A stretch of DNA of 61,374 nucleotides, filler included. It is 6 parts of 6 records of this genome, joined end to end, with 100 filler letters (N's around TTAATTAATTAA, not from the genome) between each part and the next. Parts side by side here need not be neighbours in the genome. Positions count along the whole stretch, not along the records: positions 1 to 12,381 come from SRR31156797_22499; 5 more parts are not named here. One strand, 5' to 3'. How positions within the stretch are numbered: position 1 is the first letter of the stretch; every line of letters starts with the position of its first letter. The translations under genes were made by a program, and so were the position numbers. The notes below the pieces were generated by a model. It did not search any database, had not been told where the DNA came from, and saw only the letters and a list, made by a program, of their open reading frames with translations. Positions 1 through 11,032 of the stretch are shown piece after piece.

Positions 1-1584
1 TCCCCAATTAGCCATTACCGAATAAACATCCTTAAATTGTCCATCCCCGCCAGTGCGTGGAACAAACCACGTAGTAGGCCATGTTGGATCGGTACGCCTA
101 TCCAAAATATCATGGATATCTTCGGGAAGTTCAACTGTCCAGCCTTCTGCTACTTGCAGAACAGGTCCCTTCCCTTTTGCAATGTTAATTCGCGACATTG
201 TTACAGGCATCTGCCCTGCAGTTTTGAATTGCGAGGAGAATCCACCACCTCTAAAATATCCTAGATTAGCAGGACACCATTGTGTAGCATCCAGACAGGC
301 TTGCGCTTCTTTCTTACTAATTTCCCAGAATGGTTTCATTACGGCTTCACCATTATCATCCTTTTGTTTTGCGGTGGCATCCAATGTTGTTGAGCCGGAA
401 TTTATCAAGTGAATAATTCCTTTTTCAGCCAGCCCACTTAACTCTTTTCCTGTCACCCGTTTTACCGAATCAGGACTCCAGAATGTACGTACATCTGAAA
501 AAATCTGGCTGGTATTGGTTAACAAATGCCCCATTAGCATTGATACACCATTTAGAGAGTCGTTTTCTGTTGCAACAATAAAGGATTGACGAATCCCTGA
601 CCAGTCAAATGATGAATTAAGGATAGCCTCAGAAAAATCTCCGTTGGGAAGATAATCTGTCCATTGCCGTTGTCCCTGGAAACCACTTAGTAAAGCATTC
701 CGGCCTCTTGCTTCTTCCCCAAAACCCTTTTCTGCCAGTTTTGGGTTACCAATCATCATATCCCTGATAATAATTGTCATTTTAACCACCATCTCCCATT
801 CCTTCTCTTTTTGTTCTTTCGAATGTTGTAAATCAGGTGGATTATTATCAAATCCTTCATTGCAGTTAGCTTTTGTCCATTCAAGTGCTTCTTGATATTC
901 GTCCTGATCAAAAATTCCCTGTTCTATACGCCGGTGAACTTCACACATGTCAACAAACTCGGTACGCATTCCCAGGTAATCCTGGAAAAAGCCGGCATCA
1001 ACTTCTGAGCCAGCTATCCCCATTGAAGTATACCCCAGAGAAAGGTATGATTTCCCTTTCATCTGGCTTACTGCAAGGCCAGCCTTTACAAATCGCAGAA
1101 TTTTTTCTTGTACATCTTCTGGGATAGTATTATCTCCGGCATCCTGTACATCGCGACCATAAATACTAAAAGCCGGTAAGCCTTTTTGAGTATACCCGGC
1201 CAATGCGGCTGCAAGGTAAACAGCACCAGGACGTTCAGAACCATTAAATCCCCAAATAGCTTTGGGAATCAACGGCTCGGAGTCCATTACTTCGCTACCA
1301 TAACACCATGCAGGAGTTACTGTTAACGATACACCAACACCTTCACGTTCAAACTGGTCGGCACATTTGGCTGCATCAGCAACACCTCCAATGGTGGTTT
1401 CTGAAATTACACATTCTACCTTTTCTCCTGATGGGAAGCGAAGGTTAACTTCAATAAAATCTGCGGCCGTTTTGGCAAGGTCCATTGTTTGTCCTTCAAG
1501 CGATTCGCGCACTCCTTTTTCTCTTCCGTCAATAACCGGACGTATACCGACTTTGGGTAATCTTCCTATTAATCTGTTACACAT
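1..1584 (-). CDS. fucI: L-fucose/D-arabinose isomerase, 3' end runs off the window
   Basis: Missing from the ORF track because there is no stop in the window. Manual translation from the ATG at 1584 gives [21 protein letters not shown]...WCYGSE...[15 protein letters not shown]...[10 protein letters not shown]...ATENDSLNG...SVMANWG, all hallmark FucI segments. Confidence 0.95.
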   Translation of the reverse strand, partial: MCNRLIGRLPKVGIRPVIDGREKGVRESLEGQTMDLAKTAADFIEVNLRFPSGEKVECVISETTIGGVADAAKCADQFEREGVGVSLTVTPAWCYGSEVMDSEPLIPKAIWGFNGSERPGAVYLAAALAGYTQKGLPAFSIYGRDVQDAGDNTIPEDVQEKILRFVKAGLAVSQMKGKSYLSLGYTSMGIAGSEVDAGFFQDYLGMRTEFVDMCEVHRRIEQGIFDQDEYQEALEWTKANCNEGFDNNPPDLQHSKEQKEKEWEMVVKMTIIIRDMMIGNPKLAEKGFGEEARGRNALLSGFQGQRQWTDYLPNGDFSEAILNSSFDWSGIRQSFIVATENDSLNGVSMLMGHLLTNTSQIFSDVRTFWSPDSVKRVTGKELSGLAEKGIIHLINSGSTTLDATAKQKDDNGEAVMKPFWEISKKEAQACLDATQWCPANLGYFRGGGFSSQFKTAGQMPVTMSRINIAKGKGPVLQVAEGWTVELPEDIHDILDRRTDPTWPTTWFVPRTGGDGQFKDVYSVMANWG

Positions 1585-1636
1585 TTCTTTATTTTATATT
1601 TTTTGATTATTCGATTAAGTGGTCTGGCACAAAAAA

Positions 1637-2860
1637 TTAATTTATTTCTAAATCATCTTTTGAAGGCAATTGGGGAAATTTAGCATGAGGCTCTGCCTGG
1701 TACCAAAATGCTACCGATGAAATATCATCCTTCAATGACAAGAATCTACGGTCGCCCCGCCAGCCCAATGCCTGTATGGTTACTTTTAAATCTTTATCGA
1801 ACCTGACAGGGTCCGTGATATGCCATCGGTACATCCCGAACCGTGTTTGGATTTCGGGAATAAATCCATTAGAATTATCATCCGGGGAAATTGCGTAAAA
1901 ACCGGCGTAAGGCGTCGTGTAATCCTTGTATACGTTTTTTCCTTCTTTATCTGTGGCAATAAAACAATACGAACCGCAGAAATAATCCTCTGTCCCTGTT
2001 CCGCAGATCGTGGGGAATTCTTTGTCCCCATCCATGTAAAATTTAATTTCGCCTTCACCCCACCAACCGTTAGTAATGGTCTGCCAGGCTAGGTATGTAC
2101 CGACATAATGCCCTTTGCCCTTGATATTGTCGATTATCGTGTATTCTTCTTTGTACTGCAATGGATTGGTTCGCCGGAATTGGGCATGAAAATAAGCAGC
2201 ATCATCAGGTACATCTGTCAAAGTATAATCTATTTGGTAAAAAAGCGTCATTTCATCCTGTTTGTTAATATTCTCCATTGTTATTTTACAATTCTTTCGA
2301 AAGGGCATCGGCCAATAACAATTAAAACCATTACGGGGATTGACGCAAACAGCCAACGATGAAATTTGCTTGCATTCAACTATCGATGAAATTTGATTGG
2401 GAGTTTTCTTGTAAGCATAAGCAGCTGCGAAAAAATCGCCTGCAGGTACCTCAACAGACGGCTCTTCCTCATCATCATAATAAATTCGGATAATCGAAAA
2501 CCTCATGTTACCGGTTAGGGTCATCCAAATATGCTGTATGCCACCAGGGCCATTAATCTCAGCCATGGTAAAAGTTTCACCTGGTTTAATCCGGACAAAT
2601 GGGTTCACTTTCCAACCTTGTCCAAGGTCCCGTGCTGCATTTGTTAGATTGGCTGTGTTAGAAGGAGCATTGACATCAGGTATCGCCATGCCCCCCTTTC
2701 CCTTTTCTCCTGTGAAATTTTCAGGACTGATCGAACGTGTTTGTGCATTCGATAACTTATAAAGATTCCCCATGTTCATTCCCAAACCATTAAATTCGGA
2801 TTGGGAATAAACATAAGTTGACATTAAAATTGTCATTAATAAAAATATTGTTTTTTTCAT
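1637..2860 (-). CDS. Glycoside hydrolase family 172 (DUF2961), secreted
   Basis: N-terminal signal peptide; RSISPENFTGEKGKGG, GPGGIQHIWMT, WWGEGEIKFYMDGD, GTGTEDYF and YRWHITDPVRF motifs of DUF2961/GH172. Confidence 0.9.
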   Translation of the reverse strand: MKKTIFLLMTILMSTYVYSQSEFNGLGMNMGNLYKLSNAQTRSISPENFTGEKGKGGMAIPDVNAPSNTANLTNAARDLGQGWKVNPFVRIKPGETFTMAEINGPGGIQHIWMTLTGNMRFSIIRIYYDDEEEPSVEVPAGDFFAAAYAYKKTPNQISSIVECKQISSLAVCVNPRNGFNCYWPMPFRKNCKITMENINKQDEMTLFYQIDYTLTDVPDDAAYFHAQFRRTNPLQYKEEYTIIDNIKGKGHYVGTYLAWQTITNGWWGEGEIKFYMDGDKEFPTICGTGTEDYFCGSYCFIATDKEGKNVYKDYTTPYAGFYAISPDDNSNGFIPEIQTRFGMYRWHITDPVRFDKDLKVTIQALGWRGDRRFLSLKDDISSVAFWYQAEPHAKFPQLPSKDDLEIN

Positions 2861-3204
2861 TTTGTAAAATTTTTATATTTATAAATTGAAGTGAATTTTC
2901 AATTAGCCTGATTAACCTGTTTCAAACCTGACAGGATCAATAATATGCCAAGGGAACGATTAATGCTTTAATGAAAATAAATGTAAATCCGTTCATTGAT
3001 CCTTAATCGGAATAACTTTAAAAATTATCAGGAAAAAATAATATACTGCGGTTTAAAAACGCCTACATGTATCTGATTCCAAGACTCCCAGTAACAACAC
3101 TTGCAATTCCTTCACAACTTCAAGATGATCGCTGTAAAAGTTATTTAACAATAGTTGATTATAATTTTTAACCAACTATTGCAATATCTTATTTCTTTGA
3201 AAAT

Positions 3205-4932
3205 TTAGTATCCGGGATTCTGTTTATAAACTCCTTGTGACCAGTTCATTTGATTTTGAGGAATTGGAAGGAATTCATCACGTCCTTTTGTAAAAAATGC
3301 AACATCTAACCAATATCTTCGAATCTTTTCTTTTTCAAAATATTCATTCATAACTTCAGCAGCAATGCCCCATCTTACAAGATCATAGAATCGTCTTCCC
3401 TCCATAGCAAATTCCAATCTTTTTTCCCAAATTAATGCTTGCCAAGCATTTTCTTTGTTCCAATTTATATTAATACCATCAATATATGGCTCAATAAAAT
3501 AATTTGTCGGATAATTACCATCAGGCAATTTTAACATATTCACACTATTAGATGCCCTTTCTCTAATTTGATTTATTATAGGTAAGGCTTCTATTTCTCT
3601 ATTAATTTGGATTAATATTTCTGCTTTCCACAATAATACTTCAGCAAGACGAATTTCAGATTCATTTTTTGAATTAAACATCCAAAAATAATTAAATAAA
3701 CCTGGACAGTCAGTTTGAACATTTTCCTTCATTGAATTTAGATAACCATAATCAGTTGGTGCTCGTGTAGCTGTACTGTCAAATTTTATATCCTGATATT
3801 TCCAGGGAAATCCTGGAATCGCGATAGTATGTCCAAGTCTTGGATCAAAAGAATTTCTTGCAAAAAAATCATTTTTATTATCTATTTCCTCATCATTGAA
3901 AGAGTCAAATATTGGTATTCCCTTTTCATTTGCTTTAAAAGCATTTAATAAATTAACAGAAGCCTTATGAAAATCACAGCAGGAATAATATGGCGACCAC
4001 CATGGTGCTGTTAATCCATTTCCCCAGTTAACATTTCCATAACTAGTGCCATCATCATGTGAATACTGATATTCCCAAATGGCTTCATGAGTTTTATTTT
4101 CCCAGTCAAAAATAAAGTTATATGCAAAGTCTTCTGAAAGGCTATATTTACCACTTTCAATTACAAAATTACAATGCTCCAGAGCTTCTGTAAGTTTGGT
4201 TTTATCAATACCTGTTACCTGATTGATATTATCTTGAGGATATGCCATCCACAGAAGAGTTTTTACTAATAGCGCCTTTGCAGCATATTGATTTGCACGT
4301 CCAACTTCATCCTGAACAAGAGGTAGATTATTTGCAGCATATTCCAAATCATCATATATTTTTTGCCATAATGGAATATCATTTTCCATAGAATCCGGAT
4401 GATTTGAAATTTGGTAGATATCATCAGTACTTGCAGTTTCATCTATATAAGGAATCCATTTCCAACGTTCTTTCATTTTCAAATAAATCCATCCCCTGAG
4501 AAACCTCATCTCGGCAAGCCTAGTAATTTTTTCAGGATATATTTCAGTATCCATTTTTTCAATTGCTCGAATAGCTGTATTTATACGGGAAACAACCTCA
4601 TAGTTTTCTGTCCACATTGCATCATTATTTTCAACACTAGGTGTTACTAAAGAAAAAACTTCCTGATGGTACCATCCGGGCTGATCTCCCAGTCCACCTC
4701 CGCCTTTGTAAGCATCATCCGACCTTAAGCTTGCTGTCCATGGATTTAATGTGCTTAGTGCATCTATCGATCCATATCTAGCATATGCTGCAATTACTAA
4801 TCCTTCTACATGTTCCGGCTCAACAAGTTGTTTTTCAGTTAGTATTCCTTTAGGAGTAATGTCTAAAACATCTTCGCAAGATGTTAATGTTATTAATAAT
4901 CCTATAATAACTAAACAATATATTGTCTTCAT
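3205..4932 (-). CDS. susD: SusD/RagB family lipoprotein
   Basis: Lipobox LTSC; LAEMRFLRG, RLAEVLLWKAE, EKRLEFAMEGRRFYDLVRWG and terminal QNPGY. Confidence 0.95.
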   Translation of the reverse strand: MKTIYCLVIIGLLITLTSCEDVLDITPKGILTEKQLVEPEHVEGLVIAAYARYGSIDALSTLNPWTASLRSDDAYKGGGGLGDQPGWYHQEVFSLVTPSVENNDAMWTENYEVVSRINTAIRAIEKMDTEIYPEKITRLAEMRFLRGWIYLKMKERWKWIPYIDETASTDDIYQISNHPDSMENDIPLWQKIYDDLEYAANNLPLVQDEVGRANQYAAKALLVKTLLWMAYPQDNINQVTGIDKTKLTEALEHCNFVIESGKYSLSEDFAYNFIFDWENKTHEAIWEYQYSHDDGTSYGNVNWGNGLTAPWWSPYYSCCDFHKASVNLLNAFKANEKGIPIFDSFNDEEIDNKNDFFARNSFDPRLGHTIAIPGFPWKYQDIKFDSTATRAPTDYGYLNSMKENVQTDCPGLFNYFWMFNSKNESEIRLAEVLLWKAEILIQINREIEALPIINQIRERASNSVNMLKLPDGNYPTNYFIEPYIDGININWNKENAWQALIWEKRLEFAMEGRRFYDLVRWGIAAEVMNEYFEKEKIRRYWLDVAFFTKGRDEFLPIPQNQMNWSQGVYKQNPGY

Positions 4933-4949
4933 AATTTTAAAATTTACAA

Positions 4950-7900
4950 TTAGAATGTAACATCAATACCAATTTTAAATATTTGAGGTCTCAAATATGG
5001 ATCCGAATATTCACTATCTTTACTAGCATTTTCAGGGTCGACACTAGTATAGGCATTATCTCCCCACCATTTTTTAAGATTCACAATATTTTGTGCATTA
5101 AAATTTAACCGGCATTTCTGAATCCCAATTTTAGAAACCAGTTTTTGTGGAAGGGAATAACCTATTTCAATATGTCTCAATTTTAAGTATGCTCCTGATT
5201 CTATGAAATATGTTGATAGTCTTTTTTCATCATTAGCATTTTGTAATGATAATGCAGGGATGTCTGAATCGTGATTATCAGGTGTCCATGCATTTAATAA
5301 CCGTGTTGCATGATTAAATCCAGCTTGAGTCCAAACTGCCCAAAAATCACTATATGATTTCCACGTATTTTCAACTACATTTCCCGCTACTCCCTGCCAA
5401 AACATATTAAAATCAATATTCCGGAATTTCGCATCAAAGGTTACTCCATACATTATATCAGGATCACTGCAACCTATCCATGTTCTATCTTGATCCCATG
5501 TAATCTCACCATCTCCATTAAGATCCATATATCTAATACGGCCAAGTCCTTTACCTGCTTGTTCAGCAGAATTATCAAGTTCTTCCTGTGATTTAAATAG
5601 TCCATCAGTTACAAATCCATAATAGGAGTTTAAAGGTCTTCCTAAAATATCGTCATCTATACCATTACCACCATAAGCATATCTTGCTGATTCAGGTAAA
5701 TTGTCAATTCTATTTTTGAATGAGCTAATATTTCCTGTAATGGAATAAGTAAATTCTTTATTAATATTTCCAGAATAAGCTATAATTAATTCAAATCCTT
5801 TGTTTGACATGTCAGCAGCATTAACCCATTGAGAGCCTCCTTCTCCTATGGCTCCAATATATGGTAACTCATAGAGCATACCTTTTGTGGATTTTAAAAA
5901 ACAATCAAACGAACCTGTTAATGCTCCTTTATATAGACTAAAATCAAAACCAACATTTAACTGCTCTGTTGCTTCCCACTTTAAATCCGGATTACCTGTA
6001 TGGGTTTTTCTATATCCGGATTCAACCTGTCCTGTTTGATTTCCGTTGATAGCATATCCAGTGTCATTAAGACTTGTATCATAATAATCAAGTAATGCAT
6101 TAGTAGGGATATTTGAGTTACCATTCATACCCCAACTTGCTCGAACTTTTAAGTCCTGAACAAATGCATATTTCTCGAAAAAGGGTTCCTTGCTTATCCT
6201 CCACCCAGCAGATACAGCTGGAAAAAATCCAAATTTATTATTTTCCCCAAATTTAGATGAGCCATCATATCTAATTGTTACTGCTAACAAATATTTATTA
6301 TCATAAGCATAATTTAATTTAGAAAAATAAGATAGTAAGCTCCATTCATCTCCAATTCCACTAACAGAAGATGTCCCCGTTGCGGCATCTAAGTATGCAT
6401 AATCGTAATCTTCTAACTCAGTATCGTATCTATTCCCCTGAAGATTTTCATAAGAGTATAAAACGAATTCTGTTCCTAAAAGTGCATCCAACCGATGTTT
6501 ATTTTTTTCCAAATTATAACTTAGAGTATTTGACCAAGTTGTTGTTATTTCATTTGAACGATATGTTCTAATTTGATTTAGATCATTAAACTTCCCTCCT
6601 GCTTCTTCCCATTTAAAGAGTATATCACGATATCTGTGAGCAGTATAATCAATACCATATAGTGTTTTTAGGTTTATTCTTTTAGCAATTTTTAATAAGG
6701 CATAAATACTTCCAACCAATTTGTCAGAGTAATCAAAATTATCTTTATTTAATGTCAATTCTCTTACAGGATTATTATAATCATCCATTCCTAATGCATA
6801 AGCAGTGCCTCCCCATCCACCATCCTCGGAATATACAGGAATAATTGGTGGCATGACTAAAGCATAATGACTTTGATTTTGATTATTATATTTATTATTG
6901 CCAACTGATATATTTTCCCCGATAGTAATACGATTATTAAATAATTTATATTCAGAATTTAGCCTTAATGTCAACCTTCTGAACCTAGAATATATCTGGG
7001 TTCCTTGGTTTTCATAATAATTTAAGGAAAATAAAGATTTAGCCTTTTTATTACCATTTGAAACAGTAATCTGATGTTCATTCTGGATTCCAAGTTGAGA
7101 TATTTCTTTAAACCAATCTGTATCTGCCGACCGTTGTGATTGATCTAAACATAACCATTCTACCGGACTAACATCATACAAAACAGATTTCCCGTCTTCA
7201 TATCCCCAATCATAATCATAGATTTGCGTGGCTAAATCAGGATCTACACCGTCATTTATTGCAGCTTGCCATAAAGCTTGACCATACTGATCAGTGTTCA
7301 TAAGGTCAATTCTATTCATAAAACTAGAAATCCCAAATGAACCATTATAGGTAATTTTTGCTTCGCCAGTTTTTCCACTTTTTGTTTCAATAATAATTAC
7401 TCCACTTGCAGCCCTTGAACCATAAATACTTGCTGATGCCGCATCTTTCAGTACTTGAATAGAAGCAATGTCTTTAGAATTTATATCGCTTAAATTCATA
7501 GTTGTTGGCAAATTATCAATAATTATTAATGGAGGAGCAGCTCTTAATGAGGTTAATCCTCTAATCTGAATTCCAACATCACCACTTGGATTCCCGTCAG
7601 CTGTAATAAATACACCTGGAATCTTACCTTGTAGTCCTTGAAGAACATTTGCATAACTATTCTTTTCAATGTCATCTTCTGATATTGTCGCTACAGAACC
7701 AGTTAAATCTGCTTTTCTTATTGTACCATATCCAATAGCTACCACTTCTTCCAATCCAATGGTTTCTTCAGTCAAAGTTACATTGATGGTTGTTATGCCG
7801 ACAACAGATATTTCTTGCGTTTGCATTCCCACAAAAGAAAATACCAACGTTGCATCTTCAGGGATATCCGCAAGAGAATAATTCCCATCGGCATCGGTAA

Positions 7901-8411
7901 TAGTTCCCTGGGTAGTACCTTTTACAACTACGGTGACACCAGGGAGGGGTAATCCAGAAGAATCAGTTACTTTGCCTGAAACTGTTTTTTGTTGGGGTTG
8001 TTCCAACTCAGATTCTTTAGTTTTAATGTCTTCTAAGTTTTCTTTTGGAAAAATAACGATTTGCCGGTCAATCACTTTGAAATCAAGCTGCATCCCTTCA
8101 AGTGCCTTTGTTAAAATGTCTTCAACAGAAGTTTTACTTGCAGTAATATCAACCTTCCTGGTTTTATCAACCTGGTTATTTTTGTAGAAAATGTTAAACT
8201 CGCTTTGAATTTGAATTTCTTCAAAAAGCTGTTCTAAGGAAACATTCCTTAAATCAAAGGTAAATTTCGTGCTTTGTGAATAAGTCGAACTTGCAAAAAC
8301 ATTACTTATTCCAATTAGTATGAGAAAAACAGTTACCCTCATAACTTTAAAAAAATGTGTACCCGTTAACTGTTTTAGAAAAACAAGGTACCTCGTTTTA
8401 CTTTTTTTCAT
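4950..8411 (-). CDS. susC: SusC/RagA TonB-dependent transporter with N-terminal STN signalling domain
   Basis: STN-like N-terminal extension, CarboxypepD_reg-like domain (VSGKVTDSSGLPLPGVTVVVKGT), plug motif IQVLKDAASASIYGSRAASGVIIIETK, NPDLKWE, C-terminal Phe. Confidence 0.96.
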   Translation of the reverse strand: MKKSKTRYLVFLKQLTGTHFFKVMRVTVFLILIGISNVFASSTYSQSTKFTFDLRNVSLEQLFEEIQIQSEFNIFYKNNQVDKTRKVDITASKTSVEDILTKALEGMQLDFKVIDRQIVIFPKENLEDIKTKESELEQPQQKTVSGKVTDSSGLPLPGVTVVVKGTTQGTITDADGNYSLADIPEDATLVFSFVGMQTQEISVVGITTINVTLTEETIGLEEVVAIGYGTIRKADLTGSVATISEDDIEKNSYANVLQGLQGKIPGVFITADGNPSGDVGIQIRGLTSLRAAPPLIIIDNLPTTMNLSDINSKDIASIQVLKDAASASIYGSRAASGVIIIETKSGKTGEAKITYNGSFGISSFMNRIDLMNTDQYGQALWQAAINDGVDPDLATQIYDYDWGYEDGKSVLYDVSPVEWLCLDQSQRSADTDWFKEISQLGIQNEHQITVSNGNKKAKSLFSLNYYENQGTQIYSRFRRLTLRLNSEYKLFNNRITIGENISVGNNKYNNQNQSHYALVMPPIIPVYSEDGGWGGTAYALGMDDYNNPVRELTLNKDNFDYSDKLVGSIYALLKIAKRINLKTLYGIDYTAHRYRDILFKWEEAGGKFNDLNQIRTYRSNEITTTWSNTLSYNLEKNKHRLDALLGTEFVLYSYENLQGNRYDTELEDYDYAYLDAATGTSSVSGIGDEWSLLSYFSKLNYAYDNKYLLAVTIRYDGSSKFGENNKFGFFPAVSAGWRISKEPFFEKYAFVQDLKVRASWGMNGNSNIPTNALLDYYDTSLNDTGYAINGNQTGQVESGYRKTHTGNPDLKWEATEQLNVGFDFSLYKGALTGSFDCFLKSTKGMLYELPYIGAIGEGGSQWVNAADMSNKGFELIIAYSGNINKEFTYSITGNISSFKNRIDNLPESARYAYGGNGIDDDILGRPLNSYYGFVTDGLFKSQEELDNSAEQAGKGLGRIRYMDLNGDGEITWDQDRTWIGCSDPDIMYGVTFDAKFRNIDFNMFWQGVAGNVVENTWKSYSDFWAVWTQAGFNHATRLLNAWTPDNHDSDIPALSLQNANDEKRLSTYFIESGAYLKLRHIEIGYSLPQKLVSKIGIQKCRLNFNAQNIVNLKKWWGDNAYTSVDPENASKDSEYSDPYLRPQIFKIGIDVTF

Positions 8412-8471
8412 AAATTTGTTTGATTTTAATTTAATAAATATCGCTTTGGGGCGATGTTAATTAATGTTCAG

Positions 8472-8500
8472 GCTTGCAGATGTTGGAACCATCTGCAGGC
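8472..8500 (-). promoter_or_regulatory. Hairpin in the fecR-susC intergenic region
   Basis: GCTTGCAGATG-N7-CATCTGCAGGC inverted repeat. Similar hairpins commonly lie upstream of susC in ECF/FecR-controlled PULs; function inferred. Confidence 0.55.
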
Positions 8501-8538
8501 TTTTGGTAAAAAAAAACGTAATTCTCACATAGGCAGGA

Positions 8539-9702
8539 TTAGTTTAAGTTAATAATTAGTTTTTGGTTTTCATATCTAACTAAAAATGGTGTAGTTACAG
8601 CAATTACATTTAAAACCTCTTCTGGGGTATTTTTTAAATTCAGGTTTCCTGAAAATTTTTCTTTACCCAGATTTTCACTTTGTAAGACTATTTCAATATT
8701 ATAATACCTCTCCAGCTTTTTTATGATATTTGCCAGAGGCTCATCGTTGAAAATAAAATATCCTTCACGCCACGACATATAATTTTGGGCATCGACTTTT
8801 TGTTGATGAAAGGCTTTTTCGCTTGAATTGAAAACCGCCATAGTTCCCGGAACAATAGTCAGTTTTTCTTTACTAAAGAGGTTCTTTTCTGTAGAAGAAA
8901 GTTCTATTTTCCCTCTTTCCAGAACTGTGCTGGAAATATTATCGTCAGGATAAGCACTTACATTGAACACCGTTCCAAGTACTTTGATTTCGAAATCTTT
9001 TGTAGCAACAAAGAAGGGGTGCTGTTTTGAATGTGAAACTTCAAAAACAGCTTCCCCTTCAAGATAAACAGTCCTTTTCTCTTTAATATTTGCCGGATAG
9101 ACCAACTTTGACCCGGAATTTAACCAAACTTTAGAACCGTCGGATAAAGCTATTTGTGTTCGTTTTCCGTAAGGAACAACCAATGTATTAAAAACCTGTT
9201 CTTCCGCTACAACCTGCTGAGAAACTGTTTGGGTTGAATCGATAACAATATTTTCTCCTTTTTTATCATAAGTAATTTTAGACTCTATTTGAGATATCAA
9301 AACCTTGCGTCCATCTTGTAATAGTAAGTTTGTAACGCTGTCTGGTTTTACATTGTTTAAAGTCTGGGCAAATTCCGTAATTTCAGTTGTATTGCTTAAT
9401 TTATGCTGGAAAATCCAAACAGAAAAGGCAATTAATAAAACGGAGGCTGCTACAGCCCATCTAGTTACTATATATCTTTTCTTTTGATGAATTCTCTGAA
9501 CTGATAGTTTTAGCTTTTTTCTGGTTTGTTCTTTTTCCTTGTTCCGTGAAATTACTTTTTGAGGCGATAGATATTTATAAATAATACGAGCTATCTGTAT
9601 TTCTCTTTCATCGATGTTTCCAATTTTATCTGATAATGATTTTTTCGAAAAATTCTCATCGGATAAAATATCGTGTGCCTTTATTTTGTTCTTTTTATTC
9701 AT
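8539..9702 (-). CDS. FecR-family anti-sigma factor
   Basis: TM helix (WAVAASVLLIAFSVWIF); NTLVVPYGKR..LSDGSKVWLNSGSKL, VYLEGEAVFEV, VLGTVFNVSAY, SWREG. Confidence 0.93.
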   Translation of the reverse strand: MNKKNKIKAHDILSDENFSKKSLSDKIGNIDEREIQIARIIYKYLSPQKVISRNKEKEQTRKKLKLSVQRIHQKKRYIVTRWAVAASVLLIAFSVWIFQHKLSNTTEITEFAQTLNNVKPDSVTNLLLQDGRKVLISQIESKITYDKKGENIVIDSTQTVSQQVVAEEQVFNTLVVPYGKRTQIALSDGSKVWLNSGSKLVYPANIKEKRTVYLEGEAVFEVSHSKQHPFFVATKDFEIKVLGTVFNVSAYPDDNISSTVLERGKIELSSTEKNLFSKEKLTIVPGTMAVFNSSEKAFHQQKVDAQNYMSWREGYFIFNDEPLANIIKKLERYYNIEIVLQSENLGKEKFSGNLNLKNTPEEVLNVIAVTTPFLVRYENQKLIINLN

Positions 9703-9796
9703 TTATGTCCTCCTCTGTTTAGAGAAAGACCAAACCAAACAAAACATAGACAAAAAAAATGAGCTTTTTTATTTTTGACCTATAAAAGATTATTTT

Positions 9797-10435
9797 TCAG
9801 TGTATTTGAAATTGTTTGTCACGAAAAAGAAGAAATAATAAAAATGAGGAAATACCTTTCTTTTTAAGTACCCTCCGAAGGTCTTTAAGGGCACGGTAAA
9901 TATTAGTGCGCGCGGATTCAACAGAAATCCCAAGAATATCTGCAATTTCTTTATATGAAAAGTTTTGTTCAAATTTCAGGGAAAGCCCTTCACGTTGCCT
10001 TTCCGATAATTCCTTCATTGCCTCTGCTAAAATCTTATGATTTTCATCTTTAGTTTCAGATTCTATTATCGTATCTTCAAAAGCCATAACAGGAATATCA
10101 TTTCCCAGTAATATTTTATCGTCAGATAAAATGGAGATTCTTTTGCTTTGTTCTTTATATAGAAGTCTCCTCAATGAACGGAATAAGTAAAAATGAATAT
10201 TATCAGTTTCAGAAAGATGTTCTCTGTATTTATACAGGTCTAAAAAAAGATCATGAATACAATCTTTGATTAAATCTTTATCTTTAGAAAAATGTATTCC
10301 GTAACTGTAAAGTGCATCGAAATATTGATCGTAAATAGAAAAAAAAGCTTTATTATCTCCTTCGATAAACCTTTTCCATAGAAAATAATCTTCGCTTTTC
10401 TCCTTGCTAATATTTAATACAGCACTATTCCGCAT
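9797..10435 (-). CDS. ECF RNA polymerase sigma-70 factor
   Basis: Region 2 (DCIHDLFLDL) and region 4 (LSERQREGLSLKF..SYKEIADILGIS); adjacent to fecR-susC. Confidence 0.93.
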   Translation of the reverse strand: MRNSAVLNISKEKSEDYFLWKRFIEGDNKAFFSIYDQYFDALYSYGIHFSKDKDLIKDCIHDLFLDLYKYREHLSETDNIHFYLFRSLRRLLYKEQSKRISILSDDKILLGNDIPVMAFEDTIIESETKDENHKILAEAMKELSERQREGLSLKFEQNFSYKEIADILGISVESARTNIYRALKDLRRVLKKKGISSFLLFLLFRDKQFQIH

Positions 10436-10468
10436 AAAAAAACAAAATTACAAAAAAAGGGTTATTTA

Positions 10469-10555
10469 CTAGAATGCTTTCAATTTCTTCATATCCTTCG
10501 ATATTTTCTCATCAACAATTTTTGCATAACCCTGAGTAGTTTTAATTGAAGTATG
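10469..10555 (-). pseudogene. C-terminal fragment of a tyrosine integrase
   Basis: Manual translation HTSIKTTQGYAKIVDEKISKDMKKLKAF* matches the (G)H-x-x-I-x-TTQ-x-YA catalytic tail of Bacteroidota integrases; in-frame stop just upstream. Confidence 0.75.
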
Positions 10556-10953
10556 GTTTTAAAAAAATTTGGATTTACATATTTTGCATACTCCGTAAAC
10601 ACTATTCAACAAAAGGAATAATTTAAATTTCCGACTCATTATTAGAGGGCATAAAACATTGCATCAACAATTCGGTACTTGCTTAAAAAACAAAACTCTA
10701 ATATTGTAAAACTACGGAATTTGTAACGTTTTTTAGAAATTTTGATTAAATAAAAATTGGAAAACTTAATAATTATAATTTGGTGGCTATTAAATAGTAT
10801 GGATTATATTTGATACATTTGAATGTAATTTACAACGTTCTAACGGCTAATAATTATAGGGTTACCCAAGAGGTACCATAAAAGGATAAAGAATTTTAAA
10901 ATCCTGAATATAAACGCATTTGTAAATAAAACATGCCCTTGTTCTGGGCACGT

Positions 10954-10988
10954 AAAAGCAGTATCTTTATAAAAGGTACTGTTTTTTA
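10954..10988. terminator. Probable bidirectional intrinsic terminator
   Basis: AAAAGCAGTATCTTT-ATA-AAAGGTACTGTTTTTT: stem flanked by an A-run and a T-run. Confidence 0.7.
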
Positions 10989-11032
10989 TTTGTCAAATTT
11001 GTAAATTCTTATTTAAAAATATTATTATCAGG

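Noticed and set aside
37-1606. Short + strand ORFs listed in the track
   Set aside because: They are antisense to the fucI frame, which occupies 1-1584 on the minus strand.
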